NCBI GenBank assembly: GCA_964556545.1
Contig: CAZKWE010000059.1
Coordinates: 24,481-88,480, forward strand
Direction of reading: 5' to 3'
DNA from: an uncultured Campylobacteraceae bacterium
Lineage (GTDB): Bacteria; Campylobacterota; Campylobacteria; Campylobacterales; JALSKU01
Length of the DNA: 64,000 nt
The notes under the pieces are model-generated. The model saw only the letters and a program-made list of their open reading frames with translations. It was not told where the DNA came from and did no database searches. A program made the translations under genes and the position numbers. How positions within the stretch are numbered: the first letter of the stretch is position 1; the number at the start of each line of letters is the position of its first letter. Shown here piece after piece: positions 30,587 through 40,008 of the stretch.

Positions 30587-31122
30587 ATATCTATCTCGCT
30601 TATATTTTGTTTTATTAAATTATATATAAAATTATTTGTTATATGTTCGGTGGATAGGTAGTCTGATATAATTTTGTATATTTTTATATTTTCTTTATTT
30701 GTAAAAATTTTTGCGGCTTTATAAAAGCCGTATCCTTCCATATCTATAAGGATATTTTTTTTTAAACTCTCTTTTTTATAAACAATATTATCAAAAGTAT
30801 ATAGGATTTCTCCTTTTTTTGCAATAGATATTTTTTTGCCGGTTGTTGCATCTATAACAGCTTTTATATCGCAAAGAGAGCCTTTTTCTTTCATAATATT
30901 ATTGGTACCGCAAATACCTATATTTACTATCTTTTTTATCTGTTTGTCTTTTGCTATATATGTTGTGGCAATGGCAGAATTCAATTTTCCCATTCCGCTT
31001 ACAATAAGCGATATATTATCATTGGCATATATCAAAAAAGGTTTTTTATCTATTTGTTTTAAGCCAAAATATTCTATCAAACCTTTGGCTTCGCTAAAAA
31101 TAGCAGTTACTATACATATCAT
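30583..31122 (-). CDS. Nucleoside phosphorylase/nucleosidase superfamily protein (MTAN/futalosine-hydrolase-like)
   Basis: 179 aa. PNP_UDP_1-like pattern (...LIVSGMGKLNSAIATTY...VNIGICG...IDMEGYGFYKAA). Shorter than typical MTAN or MqnB. Confidence 0.55.
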   Translation of the reverse strand: MICIVTAIFSEAKGLIEYFGLKQIDKKPFLIYANDNISLIVSGMGKLNSAIATTYIAKDKQIKKIVNIGICGTNNIMKEKGSLCDIKAVIDATTGKKISIAKKGEILYTFDNIVYKKESLKKNILIDMEGYGFYKAAKIFTNKENIKIYKIISDYLSTEHITNNFIYNLIKQNISEIDI

Positions 31123-31177
31123 AATGATATTTTATCAAAATTTTGGCAAAATATAATAAAAATTAAGGTGTATAGAA

Positions 31178-32938
31178 TTGATATATAGTTTTAAAAAAAT
31201 TTTAAACGAATTGTTAAAATATAAAAAAGAGTTTATTACAGCAAATATCATAGCTGTTGTAGCAGTTTTGGTAAGTACTCCCGCACCTCTATTGATGCCT
31301 TTGCTGGTTGATGAAGTATTGCTGAAGAAACCGGGATTTTTGACTAATCATATAGATAGATTGTTTGGCCATCAAGAAGCATATATTTATATCATTATAG
31401 TTTTAATAATGACTATCCTTTTAAGGGCAATGTTTTTTGGTCTGACCGTATGGCATGATTATATATTTTCAAAGATTTCAAAAAATATGACTTATAAAAT
31501 AAGAAAAGATATGCTTTCTCATCTTTCAAAACTTTCTTTAAATGAATATGAAAGTTTTGGAAGCGGCAAGATATCATCTTTGTTTTTGATTGATGTGGCA
31601 ACTGTTGAAACTTTTTTGGGTATGAGTATAAGCAAACTTATAGTATCCGTGCTTACGGTCCTTGGTGTTGCGATAGTGCTTTTGCTGATAAACTGGAAAT
31701 TGGCTCTTTTTATATTGTTGGTCAATCCATTTGTTGTAGTACTTAGTAAAAAATTTGCAAGAAAAGTCAGTATTTATAAGAAAGAGGAAAATAAAACTTT
31801 TGAAGCTTTTAGTGAAGCTTTGGGAGAGACACTTGATTTGTTTTGGCAAATAAGAGCTTCAAACCAGGAGAAAAACTTTATAAAAAAACTTTATAAAAAA
31901 AGCAATGAAATAAAAGATGCCGGTATCAGTTTTGCATACAAAAGTGATGCTGCCATAAGATTTTCTTTTTTGCTTTTTTTGGGCGGATTTGAAATTTTTA
32001 GAGCCGCTTCCATATTTACCGTTGCATACGGAAATTTAAGTATCGGTTTAATGCTTGCAATTTTTGGATATCTTTGGGTAATGATGGGACCTGTTCAAGA
32101 GATACTCAATATACAGTACTCTTATCATAATGCAAAAAGAGCATTAAACAGAATAAACAAGATATTTGAAATGGAAAAAGAACCTGCTTATGCACATATT
32201 GAAAATCCTTTTAAAAACAGCAGAACAAATTCTGTAACTCTAAAAGATGTGTACTTTTCATACGATAAGAAAAATATGATATTGAAAGATATAAATATGC
32301 ATATAAAAAAAGGTACCCATGTTGCCATAGTAGGAGCCAGCGGAAGTGGGAAGACTACACTTGCACAGATTATGGTAGGTTTTTATCCTCTGCATAAAGG
32401 CGAGCTTTTTTATGACGGTATCAATATAAAAGAGATAGGGTTGGATGTGGTAAGAGAAAATGTTTTTTTGGTTTTGCAAAATCCTATGCTTTTTAATGAT
32501 ACTGTGAGATTCAATCTTACTTTGGGAAAAGAGATAGAAGATGAAAAGATTTGGGAGGCATTAAGAATTGCACAATTGGAAAATATAGTTGCAAGTTTTG
32601 ATAAAAAACTTGATACCTATGTAGGCAAAAACGGTATCAAGCTTTCAGGAGGGCAAAGACAACGTATAAGCATAGCCAGAATGATACTGCAAGATCCGAA
32701 TGTTATAATCTTTGATGAGTCAACCAGTGCACTTGATATACATACGGAAGAGTCTCTTTTTAAAGCTTTGCAAGATATATTAAAAGAAAAAACGGTTATA
32801 ATAATAGCCCACAGACTAAGTACAATAAAACAGGCAGACTATATATATATGCTTGAAGGCGGAAAAATAATAGAAGAAGGAACCAAAGAGGAACTTATCA
32901 AAAAAGAGGGCAAGTTTGCCAAACATATAGGAGGTTAG
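31178..32938 (+). CDS. ABC exporter, fused permease/ATPase (MsbA-like type)
   Basis: 586 aa. Six-TM N-terminal half, Walker A GASGSGKTT, signature LSGGQRQR, Walker B IIIFDEST. TTG start. Confidence 0.9.
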   Translation: MIYSFKKILNELLKYKKEFITANIIAVVAVLVSTPAPLLMPLLVDEVLLKKPGFLTNHIDRLFGHQEAYIYIIIVLIMTILLRAMFFGLTVWHDYIFSKISKNMTYKIRKDMLSHLSKLSLNEYESFGSGKISSLFLIDVATVETFLGMSISKLIVSVLTVLGVAIVLLLINWKLALFILLVNPFVVVLSKKFARKVSIYKKEENKTFEAFSEALGETLDLFWQIRASNQEKNFIKKLYKKSNEIKDAGISFAYKSDAAIRFSFLLFLGGFEIFRAASIFTVAYGNLSIGLMLAIFGYLWVMMGPVQEILNIQYSYHNAKRALNRINKIFEMEKEPAYAHIENPFKNSRTNSVTLKDVYFSYDKKNMILKDINMHIKKGTHVAIVGASGSGKTTLAQIMVGFYPLHKGELFYDGINIKEIGLDVVRENVFLVLQNPMLFNDTVRFNLTLGKEIEDEKIWEALRIAQLENIVASFDKKLDTYVGKNGIKLSGGQRQRISIARMILQDPNVIIFDESTSALDIHTEESLFKALQDILKEKTVIIIAHRLSTIKQADYIYMLEGGKIIEEGTKEELIKKEGKFAKHIGG

Positions 32939-32941
32939 GAT

Positions 32942-33604
32942 ATGAAAAAAATTATATATATATTTATGCTGATTGTCGCAGTTGCTTTGTATGCCGGGCA
33001 AAAGCAAGAAAGTATAATTATAGCGGCAGCAGATATTATGAATGACATTATGAGTATTCCTGAAAAATCAATACCGCCAAAATTACTTAAAAATGCTAAA
33101 GCCATAGCAATTATCCCGCATGTTATAAAAGCAGGTTTGGTTGTGGGTGGAAGATTTGGAAGAGGAGTGTTGCTTATAAAACGAAATGGAAAATACAGTG
33201 CCCCATGCTTTATTAACTTAACGGGAGGAAGTCTTGGATGGCAAATAGGAGTTCAATCAAGTGATATTATACTGGTTTTTAAAAATGCCAATGCGGTAGA
33301 TGGGATAGTAAGCGGAAAGTTTACTTTGGGAGCCGATGCGGCAGTTGCTGCCGGACCTGTAGGAAGAAATGCACTGGCTGCTACTGATGCATCACTACAG
33401 GCTGAGATATATTCTTATTCAAGATCAAAAGGACTTTTTGCGGGTATCGCACTTGATGGCACCGCTTTAAGTGTAAATGATGATTATAATGAAATATATT
33501 ACAAAAAAGAGGTGTATCCTACCGATATATTTAAAGGATATCACATAAGAGTACCAAAAAGCGGGCAAGTTTTGATAGAGACCGTATCAAGATATACAAG
33601 ATAA
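32942..33604 (+). CDS. SYLF (DUF500/Ysc84-like) lipid-binding domain protein, secreted
   Basis: 220 aa with a signal peptide. ...GGSLGWQIGVQSSDIILVF...YSYSRSKGLFAGIALDG... matches the SYLF repeat pattern. Confidence 0.6.
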   Translation: MKKIIYIFMLIVAVALYAGQKQESIIIAAADIMNDIMSIPEKSIPPKLLKNAKAIAIIPHVIKAGLVVGGRFGRGVLLIKRNGKYSAPCFINLTGGSLGWQIGVQSSDIILVFKNANAVDGIVSGKFTLGADAAVAAGPVGRNALAATDASLQAEIYSYSRSKGLFAGIALDGTALSVNDDYNEIYYKKEVYPTDIFKGYHIRVPKSGQVLIETVSRYTR

Positions 33605-33614
33605 AAGCCAAATC

Positions 33615-34175
33615 ATGAATGATATCTTTACTTCACTTTCTACTTATGGGTATGTTATACTCTTTTTGTATTCTTTTGGGGGAGGATTTTTTGCTTTGGT
33701 TGCTGCCGGGATACTCTCATATGCCGGCAAAATGGATATAACAATATCCATAATAGTAGCTTTTACAGCAAACTTTATAGGAGACTTAACTCTTTTTTAT
33801 ATAGCAAGATATAACAAATCCATAGTTATGCCTTATATTAAAAAGCACAGAAGAAAACTTGCACTTAGTTCAATTATGATGAAAAAATATGGTGATAAGA
33901 TTATATTTTTTCAAAAGTTTATATACGGAGTAAAAACTCTTGTTCCCATTGCCATAGGATTGACAAGATATAATTTTAAAAAATTTACGATTTACAATCT
34001 TATATCAGCTTTTATATGGGCATTGCTATTTGGTCTTGGCAGTTTTTACAGCGGAAAATACCTCTTGGAAGCAGTAATTTATTTAAAAAATCATATATGG
34101 ATTACTCCTGTATTGCTTATGGTGCTTTTATATCTTATGTGGCTGTATATGGAAAAAGCAACCAAAAAGAGGTAG
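33615..34175 (+). CDS. DedA family membrane protein
   Basis: 186 aa. SNARE-associated/DedA-type pattern (...KYGDKIIFFQKFIYGVKTLVPIAIGLTRY...). Confidence 0.75.
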   Translation: MNDIFTSLSTYGYVILFLYSFGGGFFALVAAGILSYAGKMDITISIIVAFTANFIGDLTLFYIARYNKSIVMPYIKKHRRKLALSSIMMKKYGDKIIFFQKFIYGVKTLVPIAIGLTRYNFKKFTIYNLISAFIWALLFGLGSFYSGKYLLEAVIYLKNHIWITPVLLMVLLYLMWLYMEKATKKR

Positions 34176-34178
34176 ATT

Positions 34179-35444
34179 TCAGACCATCTCTATGGCATGT
34201 TTGACGATATCTACGCCATATCTTCTTCTTAATTTATCTATATTTTCATATAGCTTTTTTTCCGTACGATCACTTCGTATATGCAAAAGAGAGTAAGTGC
34301 TGTTTTTTATATTGTTGAAATTTGTCAATGAAAGGGAGAGCCTTATAATCTTGCTACTTTTATAGATATCTATCTCTTCAAAAAGTTTTATAAACTCTCT
34401 TTTTAAAAAAGATTCCGTAAAAATTCTATTGTAAGTTTTATGCTTTTTGGATTTCTCTTTAAACTCATATTTAATGCTTAAAAATATCGTCGAAGCTCTA
34501 TATCCGCTTCTGTTTAATATGAAAGATATGTGCCTTATGAGTATATGGAGTCTTCTTTTTATCTCATTTCTATCTCCTACGGGATCGAATGTTCTTGATA
34601 TGCCTATGGATTTTCTCTCTTTTTTAGGGATAACTTTATCTCTGTCCGAACCGCTTATGCGATCATACAGCTCTTTTGATTCTCTTCCTTGCGAATAGAA
34701 AAAAGTTTTTGAATTGTAAATATCTCCAAGAGTGCCCTTTTTGTAGCTCTGCAATCTTTTTGCCCAAGATTTGCCTATACCCGGAAACTTCTCTATCGGT
34801 ATATCTTTTATAAAATCGTATATTTTATCCTGATCGACCATCTTGATGCCCTCCGGTTTGGCAAAAGATGTGGCGAGTTTGGCTATCCATTTCGTCTGTG
34901 CGATACCTATGGATATGGGAAGATTTAGCCTATCTTTTACGATTTTTTTTATTTGGTATGCAAAAAAAATTACCTTATCATCCTCTATAAAACCGGAAAG
35001 ATCTGCAAAAAATTCATCTATACTATACTGTTCTACGATAGGCATATATCTCTTTAGAAGATGGTTCAATCTAAAAGATAGAGTATGATACAGTATATGA
35101 TTGGGAGGTAAAACTATCAAATTGGGACATAAAGATACGGCTTCTTTTATGCTCATACCTGTTTTTATACCGTAAGCCCTTGCTTCGTAGCTTGCGGTTA
35201 TGACGATACCTCTTATTCTATCTCCGTCAAGAAAATAGGATCTTCCTTTAAATCCGTCTTTTGAAAAAAATAGCGAGGGTACGAAAGCACCTCTGTTTGC
35301 CGTCATAGCCTTTTTGTAACCCTTTTGTTCAAATATAAACCGATCGCTTCTTCCTCCGACAATAACTTTTTTGTTTAAAAGTGTTCTATCTTTCGTTCTC
35401 TCTGCCGAAACGAAAAAAGAGTCAAGATCAAGATGCAATATCAT
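34179..35444 (-). CDS. Y-family translesion DNA polymerase (DinB/UmuC-like)
   Basis: 421 aa. N-terminal catalytic motif MILHLDLDSFFVSAE, and SIDEFFADL later. AGAAGG RBS. Confidence 0.85.
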   Translation of the reverse strand: MILHLDLDSFFVSAERTKDRTLLNKKVIVGGRSDRFIFEQKGYKKAMTANRGAFVPSLFFSKDGFKGRSYFLDGDRIRGIVITASYEARAYGIKTGMSIKEAVSLCPNLIVLPPNHILYHTLSFRLNHLLKRYMPIVEQYSIDEFFADLSGFIEDDKVIFFAYQIKKIVKDRLNLPISIGIAQTKWIAKLATSFAKPEGIKMVDQDKIYDFIKDIPIEKFPGIGKSWAKRLQSYKKGTLGDIYNSKTFFYSQGRESKELYDRISGSDRDKVIPKKERKSIGISRTFDPVGDRNEIKRRLHILIRHISFILNRSGYRASTIFLSIKYEFKEKSKKHKTYNRIFTESFLKREFIKLFEEIDIYKSSKIIRLSLSLTNFNNIKNSTYSLLHIRSDRTEKKLYENIDKLRRRYGVDIVKHAIEMV

Positions 35445-35582
35445 CTGCCTTCTCTTAAAAAATTGCCTCTCCTATTTTAGAAAAACGGTCTATCAAATTT
35501 TCAAGAAAGCGATCTGCTATTTTTATAACCAACATATTATCTCCTTTTTATTGCAAATTGTATTATTTTTCTAAACAATAGC

Positions 35583-35613
35583 ATAAATATATTTCATTAT
35601 GAAATATATTTAT
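35583..35613. promoter_or_regulatory. Perfect 15-bp inverted repeat (candidate operator) in the divergent polymerase/repressor promoter region
   Basis: ATAAATATATTTCAT-T-ATGAAATATATTTAT. The arms are exact reverse complements. It ends 8 nt upstream of an extended -10 element (TGcTATAAT, 35622-35630), about 30 nt before the repressor ATG. Confidence 0.5.
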
Positions 35614-35659
35614 AAAAAATATGCTATAATATTTTTTATATTAAAATATTGGAGATAGT

Positions 35660-36313
35660 ATGAAAGATATAAATGACATATTTGAAATAATGAAAGATAT
35701 ATTGTCTTCTGAAATAGGTGAAAAAAAAGTATATGACAAGGACTTGGCAAAAGTTTTGGGAATCAATCATTTAACTTTAGCTACAATGAAAAAAAGAGGT
35801 AAACTTCCTTATGATAAAATACTTGATTTTTGTGCCAAGAGAAAGATATCCATAAACTGGCTTTTGTATGACCAGGTAATTGAAAGCATAAGAGATGAAA
35901 CTGAAAAGTTTGCCCGCATAAGGTATTTTGGTGATATTTATGCAAGTGCCGGGGGAGGAGCTTTTAATTGGGACGAAGAGAGTGAGTATATAAATATTGA
36001 CAAAAAGATGCTTGAGCATTTAGGAGTGATAAACACAAAAGAGATAGATGCCATTAATGTTATGGGCGAGTCAATGGAGCCGACTTTAAAAGAAGGAAGT
36101 GTGGTATTTGTTGACAAAAGTGATACAAATATAAAAAAAGGAGGTATTTTTATACTCTCCACCAATGATGGTCTTTTTATAAAGAGAGTTTTATATAGAG
36201 TTGACGGAAGTTGTGATATTATTTCTGACAACCCTGCATATCCTCCTCAAAGGATACTGCAGGGAAGTTTTCAAATCATAGGAAAAGTTGTGGGACTTAT
36301 AAGCAACTTTTAG
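35660..36313 (+). CDS. HTH + S24 peptidase repressor (LexA / phage CI-like)
   Basis: 217 aa. N-terminal CI-type HTH (LAKVLGINHLTLATMKKRGKLP), candidate Ala-Gly cleavage site (YASAGGG), catalytic Ser (GESMEPT) and Lys (LFIKRV). GGAGA RBS. Confidence 0.8.
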   Translation: MKDINDIFEIMKDILSSEIGEKKVYDKDLAKVLGINHLTLATMKKRGKLPYDKILDFCAKRKISINWLLYDQVIESIRDETEKFARIRYFGDIYASAGGGAFNWDEESEYINIDKKMLEHLGVINTKEIDAINVMGESMEPTLKEGSVVFVDKSDTNIKKGGIFILSTNDGLFIKRVLYRVDGSCDIISDNPAYPPQRILQGSFQIIGKVVGLISNF

Positions 36314-36430
36314 ATTTATAAAAATATGCTACCAATACGATAAAAATAAAACAAGTTTTATAAATTTTAAGGTTTTTTTTGATAAAATAAATCACTATAT
36401 GCTATAAAAACAATAAGATAAGGTTTAATT

Positions 36431-37438
36431 ATGTTTCTTAAAAGAGTAATTTTTTATATTTTTTTTATATTTTTTGCACTTTTTTTTATAAACGGATGTG
36501 CAAAAACACAAGAGCAAAGAGAGTTAAAAACAGTTGAAAATAATGTAACCATAAGAATCGAAGGAGCAGTATATCCTATAAAAAAACAAGATGTTATATC
36601 ATCTGTTTCCGGTTATATAAAAGATATATATATCAAAAATGGAGATAGAGTTAAAAAAGGAGATAGGATTTACTCTCTTGATAAAGAGTTAATAAGGCTT
36701 GATATAGAAAACAAAAAGATGGAAATTTCCTCTTTAGAGCAAATAAGAGATCATATATATTCAAGAAAAAAAGGTGGAGACGGAAATGTACCTGCAATAA
36801 ATCTTTCAGCAATGCAACTTAAAAAAATCTCTTATTTAAGATCAAAAGGATATGCCGGTGATTTTGAAGAGGATAAATATAAGAAAAATTATATAAATGC
36901 ACTATATAACAACAATAAAAATAACAATACGGACAATTATGAAAAATTAAAAAATTTAAATAAGCAGATTCAAACTGCAAAAATAGATCTTAAAAAGTTA
37001 GAATTCAAATTAAAACATGCTGATGCTTATTCGGAAATTAACGGTTTTGTTACAGGTTTAGATATAAATAAAAGAGAGATGATCGGTGCAAATCAAAAAA
37101 TATGCTCTATTGTTGATATTGATAAAGTTTTGGTTAAAGCGGGTTTTTCAACAGGATTATTGCCATTTATATATTCCGGGAAAAAGATAAATATTTCTTT
37201 CGTTACGACTCCTCCTTATAGCACCGTCTCTAAAATAACTCAGGTAAATCCTATTGTAAATCCTAAATTTGAAAGAATGACTATAGAGGCGATTGTGCCT
37301 AACCATAACTATATACTCCAATCAGGTACAAGGGCTTTGGTAACGATACCATTGTCAAAAAAAGGTCAAAAAGAGGTCAAAAAATACTTTTTAAATAACA
37401 AAAGAGATATAACATTGGAAATTAAATCCAAAATCTAA
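36431..37438 (+). CDS. HlyD/membrane-fusion-protein-like lipoprotein
   Basis: 335 aa. Lipobox-like FINGC, biotinyl-lipoyl-like hairpin (GYIKDIYIKNGDRVKKGDRIYSLD), a coiled-coil stretch, and a second lipoyl half (INGFVTGLDI). Confidence 0.5.
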   Translation: MFLKRVIFYIFFIFFALFFINGCAKTQEQRELKTVENNVTIRIEGAVYPIKKQDVISSVSGYIKDIYIKNGDRVKKGDRIYSLDKELIRLDIENKKMEISSLEQIRDHIYSRKKGGDGNVPAINLSAMQLKKISYLRSKGYAGDFEEDKYKKNYINALYNNNKNNNTDNYEKLKNLNKQIQTAKIDLKKLEFKLKHADAYSEINGFVTGLDINKREMIGANQKICSIVDIDKVLVKAGFSTGLLPFIYSGKKINISFVTTPPYSTVSKITQVNPIVNPKFERMTIEAIVPNHNYILQSGTRALVTIPLSKKGQKEVKKYFLNNKRDITLEIKSKI

Positions 37439-38850
37439 TCTTTTTCATATAAAAATACTCTTCCTGTCGGTAGTTTTTTTTGAGTAAAAGTATCTTTTTC
37501 GTATGATATTTTAATGGTAACGGAGTGTTTGCCACTTTTTATCCAATTGTCATCGTATGGATTGTAGATAAATTTATTGTTCGGTATAAAATCAGATGTA
37601 ATTTTGATATATTTATTTTTATTGTAAGCTTCACTTGCAACAACAAAACCATTTGTATAAAATCTTATATATATATCATACGGGTTTATTTTTATATATT
37701 TTTTTCCTAATACACTACCTAAATCATAAAAATATACACTATCTTTTTCCAACTCTTTATTTTTAGAAATTTGTGCATAAACTATATTGTTTGTAAGTTT
37801 TGCCATAGCATATCCAAAATATATTGCATTTTTTGGTTTTTTAAGTCTATAGATAGGCATAGTGCTATAAACTCTTTCATACTTAGGTGCAATATAATTT
37901 AAATATATAAAATTCTTAAAGCCATATTTCTTATATTTGTTTTTATATGATGTAAGTATATCTATAAAATGCAAAGAATCTTTTATGGATTTGGAATTTT
38001 TGTATATCGGATAGTAATCGGTAGTATCGACAAGATGAATCCATCCCTTGCCTACAATTTGTATATCCATTTTTTTTGTACGGTTGGTGGTGATATAGCT
38101 TTCAGTCATATCATAGATTATATTTTTAAGCAGATACTTTTCTTGCCTAAAAGCTTGATTGGTTACAAAAAATATTTTTTCTTTTTTTAGTTTCTTATAA
38201 AATTTTGCAATTTGTATAAAATAGTTTTTTTTCTTATGTTTTTTTTCAAAATTATTTTTCATTATTTTAAAATTTTTATTATTTATAAAACTACCGGATG
38301 CCCAATCAAAAAAGAGTCCGTTAAATCCGCTTCTTTTTAAATTTTTCATTAAGTTTTCGACTCTTTTGTCTATAAGCAATTCGTTGCCATAATCATAGTA
38401 ATAATCTTTGCACCAGTTATAATGATTTTTTTTACAATGAACGAAAGGACCGTTCGGATTTAGTGTCAGATGAAATCTATCCGTGTATAACCACTTTACA
38501 AAATCTCTATTTTCTCCATTTGTGTAATAATATGTCGCTGGCATCCAGTCATATCCGATGTGATATTTGATATTTAATATTCCTCTTTTTTTTAAAAGTT
38601 CTTTTGTTATTTTAAAATCATCAACTCCTCCCATTTCTACCATTTGAAAATTTTTTGCCCATTTTATATCTTTTTTTTCACTTAAAGCCGGTATGAGTGT
38701 ATAGTCACCTTTTTTGATAGCTATTTTACCATTGTGTATAATAGTGTTGTATGATGATTCTTTTGTTATTTTAAAATTATATTTTTGTGCAAACAATAGA
38801 GTAGCCGTAAAGTATAAAATAAAAAAAATAGTAGTTTTAACTCTTTTCAT
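37435..38850 (-). CDS. Secreted protein, candidate GH114-like / PelA-hydrolase-like TIM-barrel glycosidase
   Basis: 471 aa with a signal peptide. The segment order ...KKRGILNIKYHIGY...VENLMKNLKRSGFNGLFFDW...IFFVTNQA... parallels the GH114/GHL pattern (..icYis.G.., ..kGfDGvflD.., ..v..KN). Resemblance by eye only. Confidence 0.4.
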   Translation of the reverse strand: MKRVKTTIFFILYFTATLLFAQKYNFKITKESSYNTIIHNGKIAIKKGDYTLIPALSEKKDIKWAKNFQMVEMGGVDDFKITKELLKKRGILNIKYHIGYDWMPATYYYTNGENRDFVKWLYTDRFHLTLNPNGPFVHCKKNHYNWCKDYYYDYGNELLIDKRVENLMKNLKRSGFNGLFFDWASGSFINNKNFKIMKNNFEKKHKKKNYFIQIAKFYKKLKKEKIFFVTNQAFRQEKYLLKNIIYDMTESYITTNRTKKMDIQIVGKGWIHLVDTTDYYPIYKNSKSIKDSLHFIDILTSYKNKYKKYGFKNFIYLNYIAPKYERVYSTMPIYRLKKPKNAIYFGYAMAKLTNNIVYAQISKNKELEKDSVYFYDLGSVLGKKYIKINPYDIYIRFYTNGFVVASEAYNKNKYIKITSDFIPNNKFIYNPYDDNWIKSGKHSVTIKISYEKDTFTQKKLPTGRVFLYEKD

Positions 38851-39748
38851 TTTTTATCAATTCCTTAAATTTGATATCTTTTACCAATAAAAATATATAC
38901 AACATTATAAAATCAATAGCAAAAATCAATATATGATAGAGTGTTGCACTCATAAGTACATTTACTTTGTTTACTCCATGACTTGTTAGAAAGAGTACTA
39001 TTGTTCCCTCAAAAGTACCCAGTCCTGCAGGTGTTATGGGAATAGATAGAGCTATTGTAAAAAATATAAAAAGTTCTAATGTTTCTTGAAAAGATAGATG
39101 AAAATTTACTCCGTACATAAAAAATACGGTATTACTCAAGAGATATGTCATCCATAAACAAGTAGTCCAAAATAGAGTAGGGTAAGGTGTTTTTAAAAGT
39201 TTTTTTATATTTTTATAAATTTTCTGTGTGTAAACTCTTAAGAACTTGAAAGGAATTTTCTTCAATAAAATTGATATCTTTTGTGAATTAAAAAATAGTG
39301 TGGTGATCAATATAAAAATAGATAAAATCAATATGCCCGATTTGATGGAATTGTTGGATATGTATTCGTATGCACAAAAACACATTATTAAAAATAGCAT
39401 AACTATGTCAAAAAATCTCTCTATAAAAATAATGGAAAGAGTTTTATGGTATTTGTAATTATAAAATTTTTTTAAGTAAAATGCTTTAGATAATTCTCCA
39501 AGTCTTGCCGGTAAAAGAATATTTAAAGCACTTGAAACGATAATTGTTTCAAGAGATTTTTTAAAATTTATTTTTGACATGACCGACCATCTGATAGAGA
39601 GTATGATTTGGGATAAAAATATGGATAATATTGTCAAAAAAAGACCCATTTTGCTAAAAATAGAAATATCCAATTTGCTTATATCAATACCATAAAGAAG
39701 ATATATGCTTATGGCGACAAGAAATAATATTTGAACTATTTTATTCAT
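38837..39748 (-). CDS. UPF0104 / LPG_synthase_TM (MprF-flippase-like) membrane protein, copy 1
   Basis: 303 aa polytopic protein. Hallmark motif ...SSALNILLPARLGELSKAFYLKK... followed by ...FIERFFDIVML.... Confidence 0.7.
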   Translation of the reverse strand: MNKIVQILFLVAISIYLLYGIDISKLDISIFSKMGLFLTILSIFLSQIILSIRWSVMSKINFKKSLETIIVSSALNILLPARLGELSKAFYLKKFYNYKYHKTLSIIFIERFFDIVMLFLIMCFCAYEYISNNSIKSGILILSIFILITTLFFNSQKISILLKKIPFKFLRVYTQKIYKNIKKLLKTPYPTLFWTTCLWMTYLLSNTVFFMYGVNFHLSFQETLELFIFFTIALSIPITPAGLGTFEGTIVLFLTSHGVNKVNVLMSATLYHILIFAIDFIMLYIFLLVKDIKFKELIKNEKS

Positions 39749-40008
39749 TTTTTAAGATACTCTTTATAGACAAGATTGTGATACATTCCGTGACAAGCTA
39801 TCTCTATATTGTTATTAGATATCTTTTTTATGATGTTGGGATATTTTTTGGCAAATGTTCCGAGTACGAAAGCGGTAGTTTTAAAATTGCCTCTTAATTT
39901 TATGAAATTTTCTATATTTTTTTCATAATCAATAATTGGCTGATCATGCCACTTTACATTGAAATTCATATCGGTTGCTTCTTCTATATCTATGGTTACC
40001 CAGATCAT
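39745..40008 (-). pseudogene. Truncated CE4 polysaccharide deacetylase (N-terminal 87 aa only)
   Basis: Aligns by eye with the first third of the full-length 249-aa paralog at 44477-45226 (VTIDIEE.. vs ITIDFEYD; CHGMYH vs THGHNH). It stops right after the His-His motif, and the remaining NodB motifs are absent. The stop overlaps the next gene's ATG. Confidence 0.55.

Noticed and set aside
35371-35574. A 67-aa plus-strand ORF spanning the polymerase start and the divergent promoter region.
   Set aside because: It overlaps the polymerase N-terminus antisense and runs through the intergenic control region, with no RBS or motifs.
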